Below, one piece after another: positions 22,702 through 32,931 of a stretch of 64,000 nucleotides of DNA. The notes under the pieces were generated by a model that searched no databases, had not been told where the DNA came from, and saw only the letters and a program-made list of their open reading frames with translations. Within the stretch, counting starts at the first letter, position 1. Each line of letters begins with the position of its first letter. The stretch covers positions 1 through 64,000 of the forward strand of contig CAWDWO010000033.1 in NCBI GenBank assembly GCA_963806035.1, written 5' to 3'. The translations under genes and the position numbers were made by a program. Source of the DNA: Candidatus Krumholzibacteriota bacterium. GTDB lineage: Bacteria; Krumholzibacteriota; Krumholzibacteriia; JAJRXK01.

Positions 22702-24264
22702 TCAGTGCGCCATTCCGCCGCCCTTTCCCGTCGTACCGCGCAGCAGCAAGAGGAAGGGTAAGAAGATCGCGAAGACGAAGAGCACCATGAAGAAGACGTC
22801 GTCGTAGCCGCGCACGTAGGCCTGCTGCTGCACCTGCATTCCCAGAATCCGCCAACTCTCGGCCGAGCCTCCACCGCCCGCGAGTAGATCGTGAATGGGA
22901 GCGGTCGAGCCGGTGGTGGAGCGGGTGAGCTCGGTCAATCTTTCCTGAAGCAGCAAATTGCCCGGATGGAAGTTTGTGCTCAGCCAGGCGTGATAGGCCT
23001 GGGCATGTCGGGCGAGCACCGTCGAAGACAGAGCAATTCCGATCGAGCCCCCTTCGTTGCGCAAGAGATTGAAGAGACCTGCCGCCTGTCCGATCTGCTC
23101 CTGGCGTAACCTGGCGAACGCCGCGGTGGTCAGCGGCACGAAGAGAAATCCCATACCGAAACCCTGCAGCATCCGCCCCCAGGTGAGATACCAGAAGTTC
23201 ACGCCCAGATACACACTGCGCAAAAGCCACATGGACAGCATGTTCATGACGACCCCCACCACAAGCAGCAGACGCGTGTCCACGCGTCCCACCAGGGGAC
23301 CCACGATCGCCATGGAGAGAAGCGACATCAGTCCTCCGGGCGACAACATCAAGCCGGCCCAGGTCGCGGTGTAGCCCAAGAGCTTCTGCGCAAAGAGGGG
23401 CAGCATGGTGAACGAACCGTAGAGCCCGAATCCAAGCAAGAACATCAGTAGGGTGCCGGTGGCGAACTCCCTGCTCTTGAAGACCCGGAGATCCACCAGA
23501 GGGCGCTTCGTGCTGAAGGATCGCCAGACGAAGAGGGCGAGGCCGAGCAGAGAAATGAGCGCGTAGATCTGGATGCGCGGGCTGTGAAACCAGTCGTAGC
23601 GCTGCCCGCGGTTGAGGAGGATCTCCAGGAATCCCAATCCCAGCGCGATGTAGATGAAGCTGCTGAAATCGATGCGGCCCTCCGGCTTCTTCAGGTACGG
23701 AGGATCGGTGATGAAGAGATAGCCCAGAAGAATTCCCAGAAGCCCCAAAGGCGCATTGATGTAGAACACCCAGCGCCAGCCCACGCTGTCGGTGATCCAG
23801 CCGCCCAGGGTGGGGCCCACGATCGGCCCGAAGATGACCCCGACACCGAAAAGGGCCATCGCCTTTCCGTGTTCCTCTTTGGGGAAGGTTTCGAGCAGGA
23901 TCGCCTGCGACATGGGAACCATCGCGCCGCCGGCCAGACCCTGCAGCACGCGCATTCCCACGAGCATGGGCATCGAGATGGCGGCGCCCGAACCCACCGA
24001 GGCTACGGTGAACGCGGCCAGGGCGGTGAGGTAGGCGTGCTTGCGTCCGAACCAGTTCCCCAACCAGCCGCTCAAAGGGAGAATGACCGCATTGGCCACC
24101 AGATAGGACGTGAGGACCCAGGTCACCTCGTCCTGTCCCGCCGAGAAGGTCCCCTGCATGTGGGGCAGAGCGACGTTGGCGACGGAGGTGTCGATCACCT
24201 CCATCAGAGTTCCCAACATCACCGTGGCCGCGATGAGGTACTTGCTGACTGGCCGGTCGTTCAC
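22702..24264 (-). CDS. DHA2 family (EmrB/QacA) MFS efflux transporter
   Basis: DTSVANVALPHM, WVLTSYL, GPTLGGWITD..WRWVFYIN. About 14 TM helices. Confidence 0.95.
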   Translation of the reverse strand: MNDRPVSKYLIAATVMLGTLMEVIDTSVANVALPHMQGTFSAGQDEVTWVLTSYLVANAVILPLSGWLGNWFGRKHAYLTALAAFTVASVGSGAAISMPMLVGMRVLQGLAGGAMVPMSQAILLETFPKEEHGKAMALFGVGVIFGPIVGPTLGGWITDSVGWRWVFYINAPLGLLGILLGYLFITDPPYLKKPEGRIDFSSFIYIALGLGFLEILLNRGQRYDWFHSPRIQIYALISLLGLALFVWRSFSTKRPLVDLRVFKSREFATGTLLMFLLGFGLYGSFTMLPLFAQKLLGYTATWAGLMLSPGGLMSLLSMAIVGPLVGRVDTRLLLVVGVVMNMLSMWLLRSVYLGVNFWYLTWGRMLQGFGMGFLFVPLTTAAFARLRQEQIGQAAGLFNLLRNEGGSIGIALSSTVLARHAQAYHAWLSTNFHPGNLLLQERLTELTRSTTGSTAPIHDLLAGGGGSAESWRILGMQVQQQAYVRGYDDVFFMVLFVFAIFLPFLLLLRGTTGKGGGMAH

Positions 24265-25265
24265 TGCTTCTCCGTGAAGTCACTCGTGTCCACGGTCACG
24301 ACCGCGGAAAGGCCCAGACGCAAACGACATCCCTTCACGCTCTCGTCGTCCAGCGCAATGCGCACGGGAAGGCGTTGCACCACCTTCACCCAGTTCCCAC
24401 TCGCGTTTTCCGGAGGGAGCAAGGAGAAGGCGGCGCCCGTCCCGGCGCTGATCGCCTCGACTTTACCCTTCAACTCGTAGCCCTTGTCGCTGTCGATGTG
24501 AACCGTCGCGGGATCTCCCGGACGAATGCGGTGCAGCTGGGTCTCCTTGAAGTTGGCGTCGACCCAGAGATGCCCCGCATCCAGGGGTACCACTTGGCAC
24601 AGGGGCTGTCCCGCCGCCACCACCTGACCCACCTGAGCGGACTTGTCCGCCAGCATGCCGGCGCAGGGGGCGACGATGGTGCAGTAGGACCTTTGGAGAA
24701 TCGCGGTGTCGTGCGCAGCTTTCGCTTTCTGCAACTCGCGGCGCGAGACTTCCAGCTTGGCCTTGGCAGCCTCCAGACCTTTGCGCATGGCTTCCAGGCG
24801 CGCCTGCGCCACTTCGGCTTGCGTCTTCACTTCGCTGAAGCGGTGTTGTGGCACCGACCCGCGCTCGCTGAGTTCGGCGTAGCGCTCGCGATCGGCGTTG
24901 CTCAGTTCGCTCTCACTCTTGGCCGCGGCAATCTCCGCGCGCGCCTGCGCCACACCGGCCTCGTCGAGCGCGAGCGAGGCCTTCGCTTTCTCCACCTTGG
25001 CCTCACTTTCGATGACGGCCTGGTCGAAGTCGCGTGGATCGAGGCGGAAGAGCACCTGTCCTTCCTTCACCTGCTCGTTCTCGCCGACCAGTACATCCTG
25101 CAGGGTTCCCGGTACGCGGCTGGCCACCGTACTCACGTCACCACCCACGTAGGCGTTGTCGGTGCTGGGAAAGATCTTTCCGTGGTGCCAGTGCCTCCAA
25201 CCCAGGACCACGACCACGAGCGTGAACACGATGATCATGAGCAAGCCAATCGTTCTGCGTTTCAT
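24261..25265 (-). CDS. EmrA/HlyD family efflux periplasmic adaptor
   Basis: STDNAYV, ANFKETQL, FSLLPPENASGNWVKVVQRLPVRI. Confidence 0.95.
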   Translation of the reverse strand: MKRRTIGLLMIIVFTLVVVVLGWRHWHHGKIFPSTDNAYVGGDVSTVASRVPGTLQDVLVGENEQVKEGQVLFRLDPRDFDQAVIESEAKVEKAKASLALDEAGVAQARAEIAAAKSESELSNADRERYAELSERGSVPQHRFSEVKTQAEVAQARLEAMRKGLEAAKAKLEVSRRELQKAKAAHDTAILQRSYCTIVAPCAGMLADKSAQVGQVVAAGQPLCQVVPLDAGHLWVDANFKETQLHRIRPGDPATVHIDSDKGYELKGKVEAISAGTGAAFSLLPPENASGNWVKVVQRLPVRIALDDESVKGCRLRLGLSAVVTVDTSDFTEKQ

Positions 25266-25266
25266 C

Positions 25267-26715
25267 TCAGTGTTCTCCCCGTCTTGCGACATCCGCGTAG
25301 AACTCGGCCGGGTCTTCTCCCGCCGTGGCCAAGAGTCGCGCCTGATTCCAATAACTTTCGTAGTGCTTCGTGATCACGGTGTAGCGGCTGTCCGCCAGCA
25401 GGACTTCGGCGTCCAGCACGTCACTGGAACGCGCCAGGCCGGAGCGGTACTGATCTTCCACGATCTGAAGGTTGCTTTGCGCCGCGTGCACGTTGTCCTG
25501 CGCAGTCGTCTCCTCGCGCAAGGATTGCTGCCACTGCCTCCAGGCGGTGCCGACCGCCACGCTCACTCCGCGGCGCGCGTCTTGCAGACCCTGAGTATCG
25601 CGCGCGATTTCCGCTTGAGCCTTCGTGATCCTGGCCTTGCGCGCACCGCCCTCGAATAGATTCCAGCTCATCCCCGCCACGACGGCGTTGACATGTGGAT
25701 AGGCCATGTAACGGTTTTCCTCATAGCTATGGCCCAGGCTCAGGTAGATCTCGGGCCAGTAGTCGCGGTGGGCGAGGCGTTCTCGCGTGCGCGCCGCCTG
25801 CAGGCGTGTCCTGAGGGTTTGCAGGTGTGGATTTTGCTCATCGGCGGAGCGGATCAGCCCGTCGCATGAAGCATCGAGCCCGGGTGCCGGCCCCAGAGAA
25901 TCCGGCACGCTCAGTGCAGCGTCGATCTCGCGCCCCAGAATCCGATTCAGATCCTGGGTGGCGGAGATCCGCGCGTCGTTCAGTTCCTGCACCGCGTCGT
26001 CGATTTCGCGTTCGCGAACCTGTGTCTCCAACAGGTCGTTGCGCGCCACCAAGCCCTGATCGTACAGATCCTGGGCCACCTTGCGGTGCGCGGACACGGC
26101 AAGTCGCCTCTGCTTCAGAACCGCGGTCTGGTCCCTCAGTCGCAGGACCTGCAGATAGGCCCCGAGAGCATCGAGCTGGGCCTGGCGAATGGAAGCCCAG
26201 CTCGAAGCCTCGTTTGCCTTCGCGCTCTGTTTGGCGGCTTGAACCGAGAGCTTGCGCCGTCCTCCGCTGAAGAGCGTCTCTTTCAGATGGATTCCGTAGG
26301 CTGAGTTGCTCTTCTGCGCGAAGGGAAAGCGCTCGCTCCCGAAGACGGCTTCCACGGGATTGTCGCGCACGGTATACGAAGCGTCGGCATCGATGCGCGG
26401 CCACCAGGAAGCGTTGGCGCCATGAATCTCAGCTTGCGCCCGCAACGAATCATAGGGCGCGATACGCGCGGCAAGAGAATGTCGCGCCGCGAGTACGAGT
26501 ACTCGTGGCAATGTCATGAGGGTGTCCGCAGCCGCGAGATGAGCGGGGTTCAGTTCGGCCGTGCGGTCCTCTTGCGGTCCCGTCTTCGCGCTCGCGTTGA
26601 AGCTTTGCGCCCGCGCTCCGGATACTGCGAAAAGGAGCAGCGCGGCCAGTGCGAACCCGAGGCGCTTGGACCGTCCCGCGCTTAGCGGGGCCCGGCCCGC
26701 GGTCCCGTTCGACAC
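25267..26715 (-). CDS. TolC family outer membrane efflux protein
   Basis: Signal peptide and duplicated OEP repeats (WPRID, ETLFSGG, YDQGLV..NDLL; WPEI, WNLFEGG, YRSGL..SDVLDA). Start inferred. Confidence 0.88.
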   Translation of the reverse strand: MSNGTAGRAPLSAGRSKRLGFALAALLLFAVSGARAQSFNASAKTGPQEDRTAELNPAHLAAADTLMTLPRVLVLAARHSLAARIAPYDSLRAQAEIHGANASWWPRIDADASYTVRDNPVEAVFGSERFPFAQKSNSAYGIHLKETLFSGGRRKLSVQAAKQSAKANEASSWASIRQAQLDALGAYLQVLRLRDQTAVLKQRRLAVSAHRKVAQDLYDQGLVARNDLLETQVREREIDDAVQELNDARISATQDLNRILGREIDAALSVPDSLGPAPGLDASCDGLIRSADEQNPHLQTLRTRLQAARTRERLAHRDYWPEIYLSLGHSYEENRYMAYPHVNAVVAGMSWNLFEGGARKARITKAQAEIARDTQGLQDARRGVSVAVGTAWRQWQQSLREETTAQDNVHAAQSNLQIVEDQYRSGLARSSDVLDAEVLLADSRYTVITKHYESYWNQARLLATAGEDPAEFYADVARRGEH

Positions 26716-27145
26716 TTTCCATGGCGTTGGTCGCCATGCGGCTGAGCAAGAGCCCGGCTTCCTTTCGCTGCGCTGCGGTGAAACCCTCGGTGAGAACCTG
26801 GTTCCAAGACTGCAAGTCCTCCACGATGCGGGGCCAGCGGCGCCGCGCTTTGGCGGTGAGTAGGATGCGGCGCGCCCGGGCGTCCCCGCGGTTCGCGAGA
26901 CGCCGTACATAGCCCTCGCGCTCCAGCGTGCTCAAAGAGCGGGTGGTGGCGCCACGATCCATGTGCAGGCGGGCGGCCAGTTCCTCTTGGGAGATGTCAT
27001 CGCCCTCGCGGACGAGAGTTCCCAGGAAGAAAAGGTGATTCTTTCCGATCCCGTGCGGGCGCAGGCGTCTTCGCGCAAAGCGGCTGGCGCAGCGATCGAT
27101 GATGGAAATCCAACGTCCGAGCGACTCTTCCGGCTTGTAGTCCAT
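26450..27145 (-). CDS. MarR family transcriptional regulator (domain in first ~145 aa; tail overlaps tolC)
   Basis: SQEELAARLHMDRGATTRSLSTLEREGYVRR...DARARRILLT wHTH. Confidence 0.9.
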   Translation of the reverse strand: MDYKPEESLGRWISIIDRCASRFARRRLRPHGIGKNHLFFLGTLVREGDDISQEELAARLHMDRGATTRSLSTLEREGYVRRLANRGDARARRILLTAKARRRWPRIVEDLQSWNQVLTEGFTAAQRKEAGLLLSRMATNAMESVERDRGPGPAKRGTVQAPRVRTGRAAPFRSIRSAGAKLQREREDGTARGPHGRTEPRSSRGCGHPHDIATSTRTRGATFSCRAYRAL

Positions 27146-27159
27146 CGGCGGCTCCTATG

Positions 27160-27213
27160 GTTGCAACTGCAATCAATGCGCGGCAACTTAGGAACGCGTG
27201 GCGAAACTGTCAA
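27160..27213 (-). promoter_or_regulatory. Promoter and putative MarR operator
   Basis: Minus strand TTGACA-N17-TAAGTT. Near-palindrome GTTGCAACTGCAAT at 27160-27173, just upstream of the marR RBS. Confidence 0.6.
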
Positions 27214-27242
27214 GCGGGGGAGAATGCGCCAAAGCAGGCGAG

Positions 27243-27279
27243 AAAAAGGCCCGGCGCGCCAGTGCGCACCGGGCCTTGA
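27243..27279 (-). terminator. Rho-independent terminator after the cytochrome gene
   Basis: AGGCCCGGTGCGC-loop-GCGCGCCGGGCCT followed by a T-tract on the minus strand. Confidence 0.7.
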
Positions 27280-27311
27280 GAGGCATCCATTCCTCGTCGC
27301 GATCCAATCCC

Positions 27312-29943
27312 TCAACGCATGAGCGTCACCCTCTGGGTGCGAATCTGCTCGTTCGCCCGCAGACGAAGCAGGTAGATGCCGGAGGCGAGCCGCCGTCCGT
27401 TGAAGTCGCGACCGTCCCACTGTTGTACGTAGCGTCCGGGATTTTGCATTTCGTTCAGAAGCGTCCGGACTTTCCTCCCCCTCAGGTCGTAGACGTTCAG
27501 CTCCACCCTCGCTGTCTTGGGCAAACTGTAGGAGAAGCTCGTCGATGACCCGAAAGGATTCGGATGGTTGGGCGACAACATGACGATGGAGGGCATTGCC
27601 GGTTCGGCGGCCGTGGGCGTGATGTCCACCTCCGTTCTCACCTGTTCCATGAGTTCGGGCGGATTCTTGCCCTGAGCCAGCCATGCGTCATAGAGCTGCT
27701 GCCCCATGGTGTTGGTGTGGTTTTCGTCGCGCAGGAACTCGATGTAGCCCGGTGAAGTGCTCTGATAGTAGAGACTCACGAAGACCGAGTCCGCCTCTTG
27801 CGGCAGAACGTATTCCGTGTCGTCCCAGTACTGCCCGTCGGGATAGCTGTAGCCGACCACCGGGGACTGGACGCTCGCGAAGGCCGCATTGGTAAACCCG
27901 CGCGGCGGGATCCGATTGTCGAAGTAGGTCGAGTCGTTGAGCACGAAGTGGAAGCTCGGACCTGCCGGCAAACCCAGAGCCGAAGCGATCGCGGGGCTGA
28001 AGCCACCCTCGATCTCGTAGATCTTCAGCTGTGCGTCGTGTTCGATGTGTCCCGTCTCGGAATCATAGGCACCCGAAGTGAAGACGGTGGTGCCCTGCGA
28101 ATCCACCGCCCGTGACCTGCAGCCACATGTGCCGTCCCTCGGGGTAGCCCGAAGGCAGTTTGTGGCCGGTTTCGTTGATTACTCGCACTCTGATTCCGGT
28201 CGTGGTCGGGGTGACCTCGAGGCTGGCCGCCTTTTGCAGCATCGCGCGCGCGCGCAATTTGCCCGCCGCCAGATGCGCCGGATCGACCTCGCCCGGGAAG
28301 AAGTCGGCAATGATGTCGGGAATGAAGGTGTTGCCGCCGGTCAGGTCGTGCAGCGCCAGGTCCGGACGCGTCGAGCCCAGGATGGCCGCCGAGCCGGACA
28401 CGTCGTGCATGTGGCAGTCCTGACAGCTCGCGACCATCCCGTCCGCTTTCGTTCCAGCGAACTGCGGGGCATAGACTCCGCCGTTCGCGTAGTCGCTTTG
28501 CGTCCATTCCGCATAGGTGCGCTCAACCTGCCCCATGCTGTAGACGCGGCCGTCGGGATGCTTCTGATCCCAGCTGGTGAGCACCAGGTCGTGGCTACCG
28601 TCGTCGTAGTACACGGGGTTGCTCACGTTGTGGCAGGTGCCGCAGAGGTCACCGCTGCGGTGGAAAGGCGAATACAGGAAATCGTGCGGGGCGGTGGAGT
28701 CCGAGCGCGGACCGCGACGGACCGGCTGTTGGTCCATGATGAAGGAGCCATTGGCGTAGTCCATCAGGGGCGGATCGATTCCCGCCACCACCACGGAGTC
28801 GGGCTGGGGAGAGATCCCCGATACGTAGTCGAAGTCCACCATGCTGTGACAGAAGTCGCACTGAACGCCCTGGCGGTCCTTCGCGTTGATCATGGCCCCG
28901 CTGGTGTCGTCGCTGTGTCCCTCTTGCCATCCCCCGGGCGTGTGACAGCGGATGCAGATGTCACCCGAGGAAGGAGCGTCCTGTTCGGCCACCGCCATGC
29001 ATGCGTAGAGCAGCGGATCGCGCGCGGCCTGGGCCATCATGCTGCCCTTCCAGTTGTACCAGGGCTCCACCGCGGTATCGTAGTTCCCGTGGCAGGTGGC
29101 ACAGGTGGCGTCCGGGTCCTCCAGAACCTTCCCCTGATGCGGCTGCGTTCCGTTCATCTTGACGTCGCGCAGAGTGGTGGGCACGCGCCCCGTTTGCGCC
29201 AGGACCGTGAAGTCGGTCGCGCTGGAGTCGCTGCCCGCATTGCCGGCATTGTCCACCGCCTCCACCTTGATGCGGCTGAAGTCGCCGGGCAGATTGACCA
29301 CGAAGAGCTGGAAACTGCCGGTATCCGGTTGGTTCAGAGCCACCGGTTCATAGCTGGCGCCGGAATCGTCGCTGCGGTACACGTTGATGTGGTCGATTCC
29401 ACTCGCGTCGCTCGCCGTGTAGAGAACCGTGATTTCCGTGCCGGCCTGCAGGGCCTCTCCCCCGTCGGGGTACGTGAGATCGACCAACGGCGGCGTGGTA
29501 TCGCTCGCGCCGGCCGGCGTCAGGTACCCCACGATCTCCGCCAGCGGGATGTTGACCGTGGTCGTGTAATTCGAGGCGCTCAGCCCGGGAAAGGTCGGGG
29601 TGTTGCTGTAGAGCGTGCTCGTGATCTCCGTCAGGTTGGTCTTGCCGTCGTTGTCGGCGTCGACACCCTCGATGGCCAGGATGGCCTGCTCACTGGTGAG
29701 GCCGTTGTTGCGGCCGGTTTCCACCAAGAAGCCGTAGGGATTGCGGGGGCCGCCTCCGTTGAAGTCGAAGTGACACACTCCGCAATGCTTGGAGTTGCTG
29801 GGCAATTGGTCCAGCTGCGTGCCCACGGCATTGGGATAGACATTGAAAAAGGCCGCCCGAATGGGCGGCTTCGCATTAGCATCGACAAAAGTTGATGCGA
29901 GGAATAAAAGGGCAATTGAGCCAAAGATTAGCTGTTTCCGCAT
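27312..29943 (-). CDS. Secreted multiheme c-type cytochrome with Ig-like and FlgD-Ig/T9SS-like C-terminal domain; 1-nt frameshift near 28110
   Basis: Signal peptide and six CxxCH motifs (CGVCH, CATCH, CIRCH, CDFCH, CGTCH, CQDCH). GHKLPSGYPEGR motif. Joins 27312-28106 as WLQVTAVDSQG when one base of the CCC run at 28109-28111 is removed. PNHPNPF CTD. Confidence 0.85.
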
Positions 29944-30136
29944 GGTCCGCCTCCAGGGGTGTGAGGCGAGCTTGCCCTGAGAGCCCATCAGGGCCGCTCG
30001 GCGAGAGCCAGAGGGCCCGGCGCCACCCCAGGGGGAAAACACGGGGCGGCACCAAGAGCCCATCAGATCTGATGCTCCGATATTAGATCGCTGAGCGAAC
30101 AAACACAAGTTCGCTCTTTTCTGGCCGATGGAGGAT

Positions 30137-30481
30137 TTACTGCAGGGACTTGCGGATCTTGCGCTTCAGGCGTCGGATCTTGGTGCGCGCGAACTTGAGT
30201 TGCTCGTGGTCGCCGGCCTCCAGGGCCGCCTGGCGCTTGCGCTTCCATTCCCCGATCTGGGTCCGCACCGCGCCGCGATTGATGCCCACGACCTTGTGGT
30301 GCTCGTGCATCTCGATGTCCAGGGCGGTGCAAATTCCCTCGAGAACCTGGGCCTTGCGCAGCTGGGTGTAGCCCTTGACCGCGGGATGATCGATACCCGC
30401 CGCGATTTCGCGCAGTTGGGCGACCGTCATTCCCTTGAGTTGGTGGTAGGTGTATTCGCTTGCTTCAGACACGCTCGCCAT
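30137..30481 (-). CDS. Small basic protein with Rho-N-terminal-like helix-extended-helix domain
   Basis: QLKGMTVAQLREIA...YTQLRKAQVL resembles Rho_N. Lys/Arg-rich C-terminal helix. Confidence 0.65.
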   Translation of the reverse strand: MASVSEASEYTYHQLKGMTVAQLREIAAGIDHPAVKGYTQLRKAQVLEGICTALDIEMHEHHKVVGINRGAVRTQIGEWKRKRQAALEAGDHEQLKFARTKIRRLKRKIRKSLQ

Positions 30482-30594
30482 CCTCGCTGAGGGGGGTCGA
30501 CTGAGGAGCGGCAGGATCTTCGTTTGCGCCGCATCGAGCAGCATAAATCACCGAAGCGGCGCCGGCAAGGGTCACAGATGGCACGGCTTCTTGC

Positions 30595-32421
30595 TCAGGG
30601 CCGCGTTTCGTCATGCGCATCGCGGTCCTCCAGCAGGCCCTCGGCCGCGAGGATTCGCAGGGCGTTCCCCTTGCCCGCCACCCCGGGCCGCATCTTGTAG
30701 TCGAACACCATTTTGGCCTCGCGGATTTGGTCCTCGAAGTGAACGTTGCGCGCCAGGGGTCCGAGTTCGGTGGCGACCTCGGCCAGGGCGAGGTCGTGGG
30801 TGGTCACCAAAACGAAGGCGCCGCGCTGCACGAAGCGACGCAGCACCGCGGCCGCGCCGCGGCGGCGGTCGTGACTGTTGGTTCCGTGGAAGATCTCGTC
30901 CAAGAGAAGAAGGGCGGCGGAGGACTCTGACCCGACCGCTTGCGGGGAACACAGATCCTGGAGCTCTCGCAGTCGCTTCACTTCGGCGTAAAAATGCGAG
31001 ATTCCGCGCGGAAGCGAATCCACGATGCGCAAGCTCGCCCCCAAACGCAGCGCTCCCAGGCGGAAGTGCCGCGCGCGCACCGGGGCGCCAGCCAGCGCGA
31101 GCACGACGTTGAGCCCCACCGTTCGCAGCATGGTGCTCTTGCCCGACATGTTGGATCCGCTGATCACGTAGAGGCGCAGCTTCTCGTCGAGGCGGAGGTC
31201 GTTGCGGACGCACTCCTCGCGCGGCAGGAGCGGATGACCCAAGCTCGTGGCCTCCAGACACGCCGACTCGAGCAATTCGGGCCACGGATCCTCGGCGCGC
31301 TCGTAGGCATAGGCCGAAAGCGCCAACAGGGCCTCATATTCACCGGCGACCTTCAGCCACGAATCAACGCTCGCGGCGTTGCGCGCCATCCAGGCCTGGA
31401 TCGCCAATCCGAAATGACTGCGCCACAGCAGCAGAGACGCTACCGGCGCGAATAGAAGGTTGCGCGCCGAGTCCAGCCATTCCAGGCGCCGGCGCAGCTG
31501 CAGGACGCGGGACGAAGGTGGTGGCGTCCCGGCCGCGAACAGCGTGGCGCGCAGGGCGTTCAGCCGCACCGACTCGAAACGCGAGCGCTCTACCGCCTGA
31601 AGAATACGCGCCAGGGAGTCCAGTTGACCCAGCACACCTTCCAGCGCATCCCACAGCGGCTCGAGCCGTGCCTGCAAGCGTTGCTCGGCGTACCAACCCG
31701 CGCCCAAAAAGAAGAGGAAAAGCAGCGGTGGGCCGCGAAATCCCAACCACGCCACCAAGGAGATCACGGTGCAAGCAGCCAGAAGCAGCATGCCCAGCCG
31801 CACGAGCCCTTTGGGAGCTTCCACCCGGTGCGCGGCCCAGGCGCGCAGACGCGAGGGATCCACCGCGGAGCCGACTCCCTGGCAGAGCCGATCCATCGCC
31901 TCGCGCTGATCGACCCTTGGGCGCAGCTCGTCCACCGCGGCCCAGCGCGGCGGCAGTTCCTGAAGCGGCGCCGGATGCAGGAGCCAGGCCGCCAGGGTGT
32001 CCTGTCCGGGCTGGGTTTTCGCGCGGCACAAAAGCTGAAACAGGGAGCCATCGCCGAAGAGATCCAGATGGTCGGCGTAGGGATGCTCGCTGCTCAAGTA
32101 GCGCTCCCCACCGGGACCCTGTCCCTGCCAGCGGTCTTCGATGCGGTCGATCCCTCGCTCGTAGTGCTCGAGAGCCTGGCGTTGTGCTCCCAAGCGGCGA
32201 TCTACCTTTTGGTGAATTACCGCCAGGACAAGGAAGAGTCCCGCGGGCAAACTCAACCACAGTGCGGAGTTATCCGTACTGACCAAGAGCGCCAGGAGGG
32301 CGAGCCCGAGCAGGAACACCCCCATGCGCAGATGCGAGAGGGTGCGAGAGCGTCCGGAAAGCCGCTCTTGCTCTTGGTGGCAGCGCGCCTGCCTGCGGCG
32401 ATATTCCTGCAGAGCTTCCAT
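30595..32421 (-). CDS. Membrane-anchored MutS domain V ATPase (MutS-related protein)
   Basis: GHPLL, ISGSNMSGKSTMLR (Walker A), SHFYAEV, LLDEIFHGTNS, TTHDL. N-terminal TM pairs and no mismatch-binding domain. Confidence 0.88.
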   Translation of the reverse strand: MEALQEYRRRQARCHQEQERLSGRSRTLSHLRMGVFLLGLALLALLVSTDNSALWLSLPAGLFLVLAVIHQKVDRRLGAQRQALEHYERGIDRIEDRWQGQGPGGERYLSSEHPYADHLDLFGDGSLFQLLCRAKTQPGQDTLAAWLLHPAPLQELPPRWAAVDELRPRVDQREAMDRLCQGVGSAVDPSRLRAWAAHRVEAPKGLVRLGMLLLAACTVISLVAWLGFRGPPLLFLFFLGAGWYAEQRLQARLEPLWDALEGVLGQLDSLARILQAVERSRFESVRLNALRATLFAAGTPPPSSRVLQLRRRLEWLDSARNLLFAPVASLLLWRSHFGLAIQAWMARNAASVDSWLKVAGEYEALLALSAYAYERAEDPWPELLESACLEATSLGHPLLPREECVRNDLRLDEKLRLYVISGSNMSGKSTMLRTVGLNVVLALAGAPVRARHFRLGALRLGASLRIVDSLPRGISHFYAEVKRLRELQDLCSPQAVGSESSAALLLLDEIFHGTNSHDRRRGAAAVLRRFVQRGAFVLVTTHDLALAEVATELGPLARNVHFEDQIREAKMVFDYKMRPGVAGKGNALRILAAEGLLEDRDAHDETRP

Positions 32422-32565
32422 GCCGCGCAGCATATCCTGAGCGCCCGCTCCGGCCAAGCTCAGGAGAGAGCGCAACCCGCTTCTCTCTTCTGCTTGGCAG
32501 CACGAGACGGCCCCCCTACAATCGAAGCGGCGCTTTGGTCACCCGGATGAGGGAGGGGCGTATTC

Positions 32566-32913
32566 ATGGCCGAGCCGACTCTCTTCACCCGAATCATCGC
32601 GGGAGAAATCCCGGCCGAGTTCCTCTATCAGGACGAACTCTGCGTGGTGATCCGCGACATCAAGCCCCAGGCCCCGGTCCATGCGCTCATCATTCCTCGC
32701 AAACCCCTGAGCGGAATTCAGGTGACGCAGGATGAGGATCGCGAGCTTTTGGGCCACCTCTTCCTCGTCGCCCGCCAGATTGCGCGCGACGAGGGGATTG
32801 CCGACAAAGGCTACCGACTGGTGATCAACGCCGGCGAGGGCGGAGGACAGGAAGTCCCCCACTTGCACATCCACCTGTTGGGGGGCCGACAGATGCTCTG
32901 GCCGCCAGGCTAG
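32566..32913 (+). CDS. hinT: Histidine triad nucleotide-binding protein (HinT)
   Basis: TLFTRII.GEIP, DIKPQAPVH, GQEVPHLHIHLLGGRQMLWPPG. Confidence 0.95.
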   Translation: MAEPTLFTRIIAGEIPAEFLYQDELCVVIRDIKPQAPVHALIIPRKPLSGIQVTQDEDRELLGHLFLVARQIARDEGIADKGYRLVINAGEGGGQEVPHLHIHLLGGRQMLWPPG

Positions 32914-32931
32914 AACCAGGAGACCCGTTCC

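Noticed and set aside
22430..24283. 617-aa minus-strand alternative-frame ORF
   Set aside because: Out-of-frame overlap of the EmrB-type transporter with Arg/Gly-rich nonsense composition.
28078..29895. 605-aa plus-strand ORF
   Set aside because: Antisense to the multiheme cytochrome gene, with no motifs.
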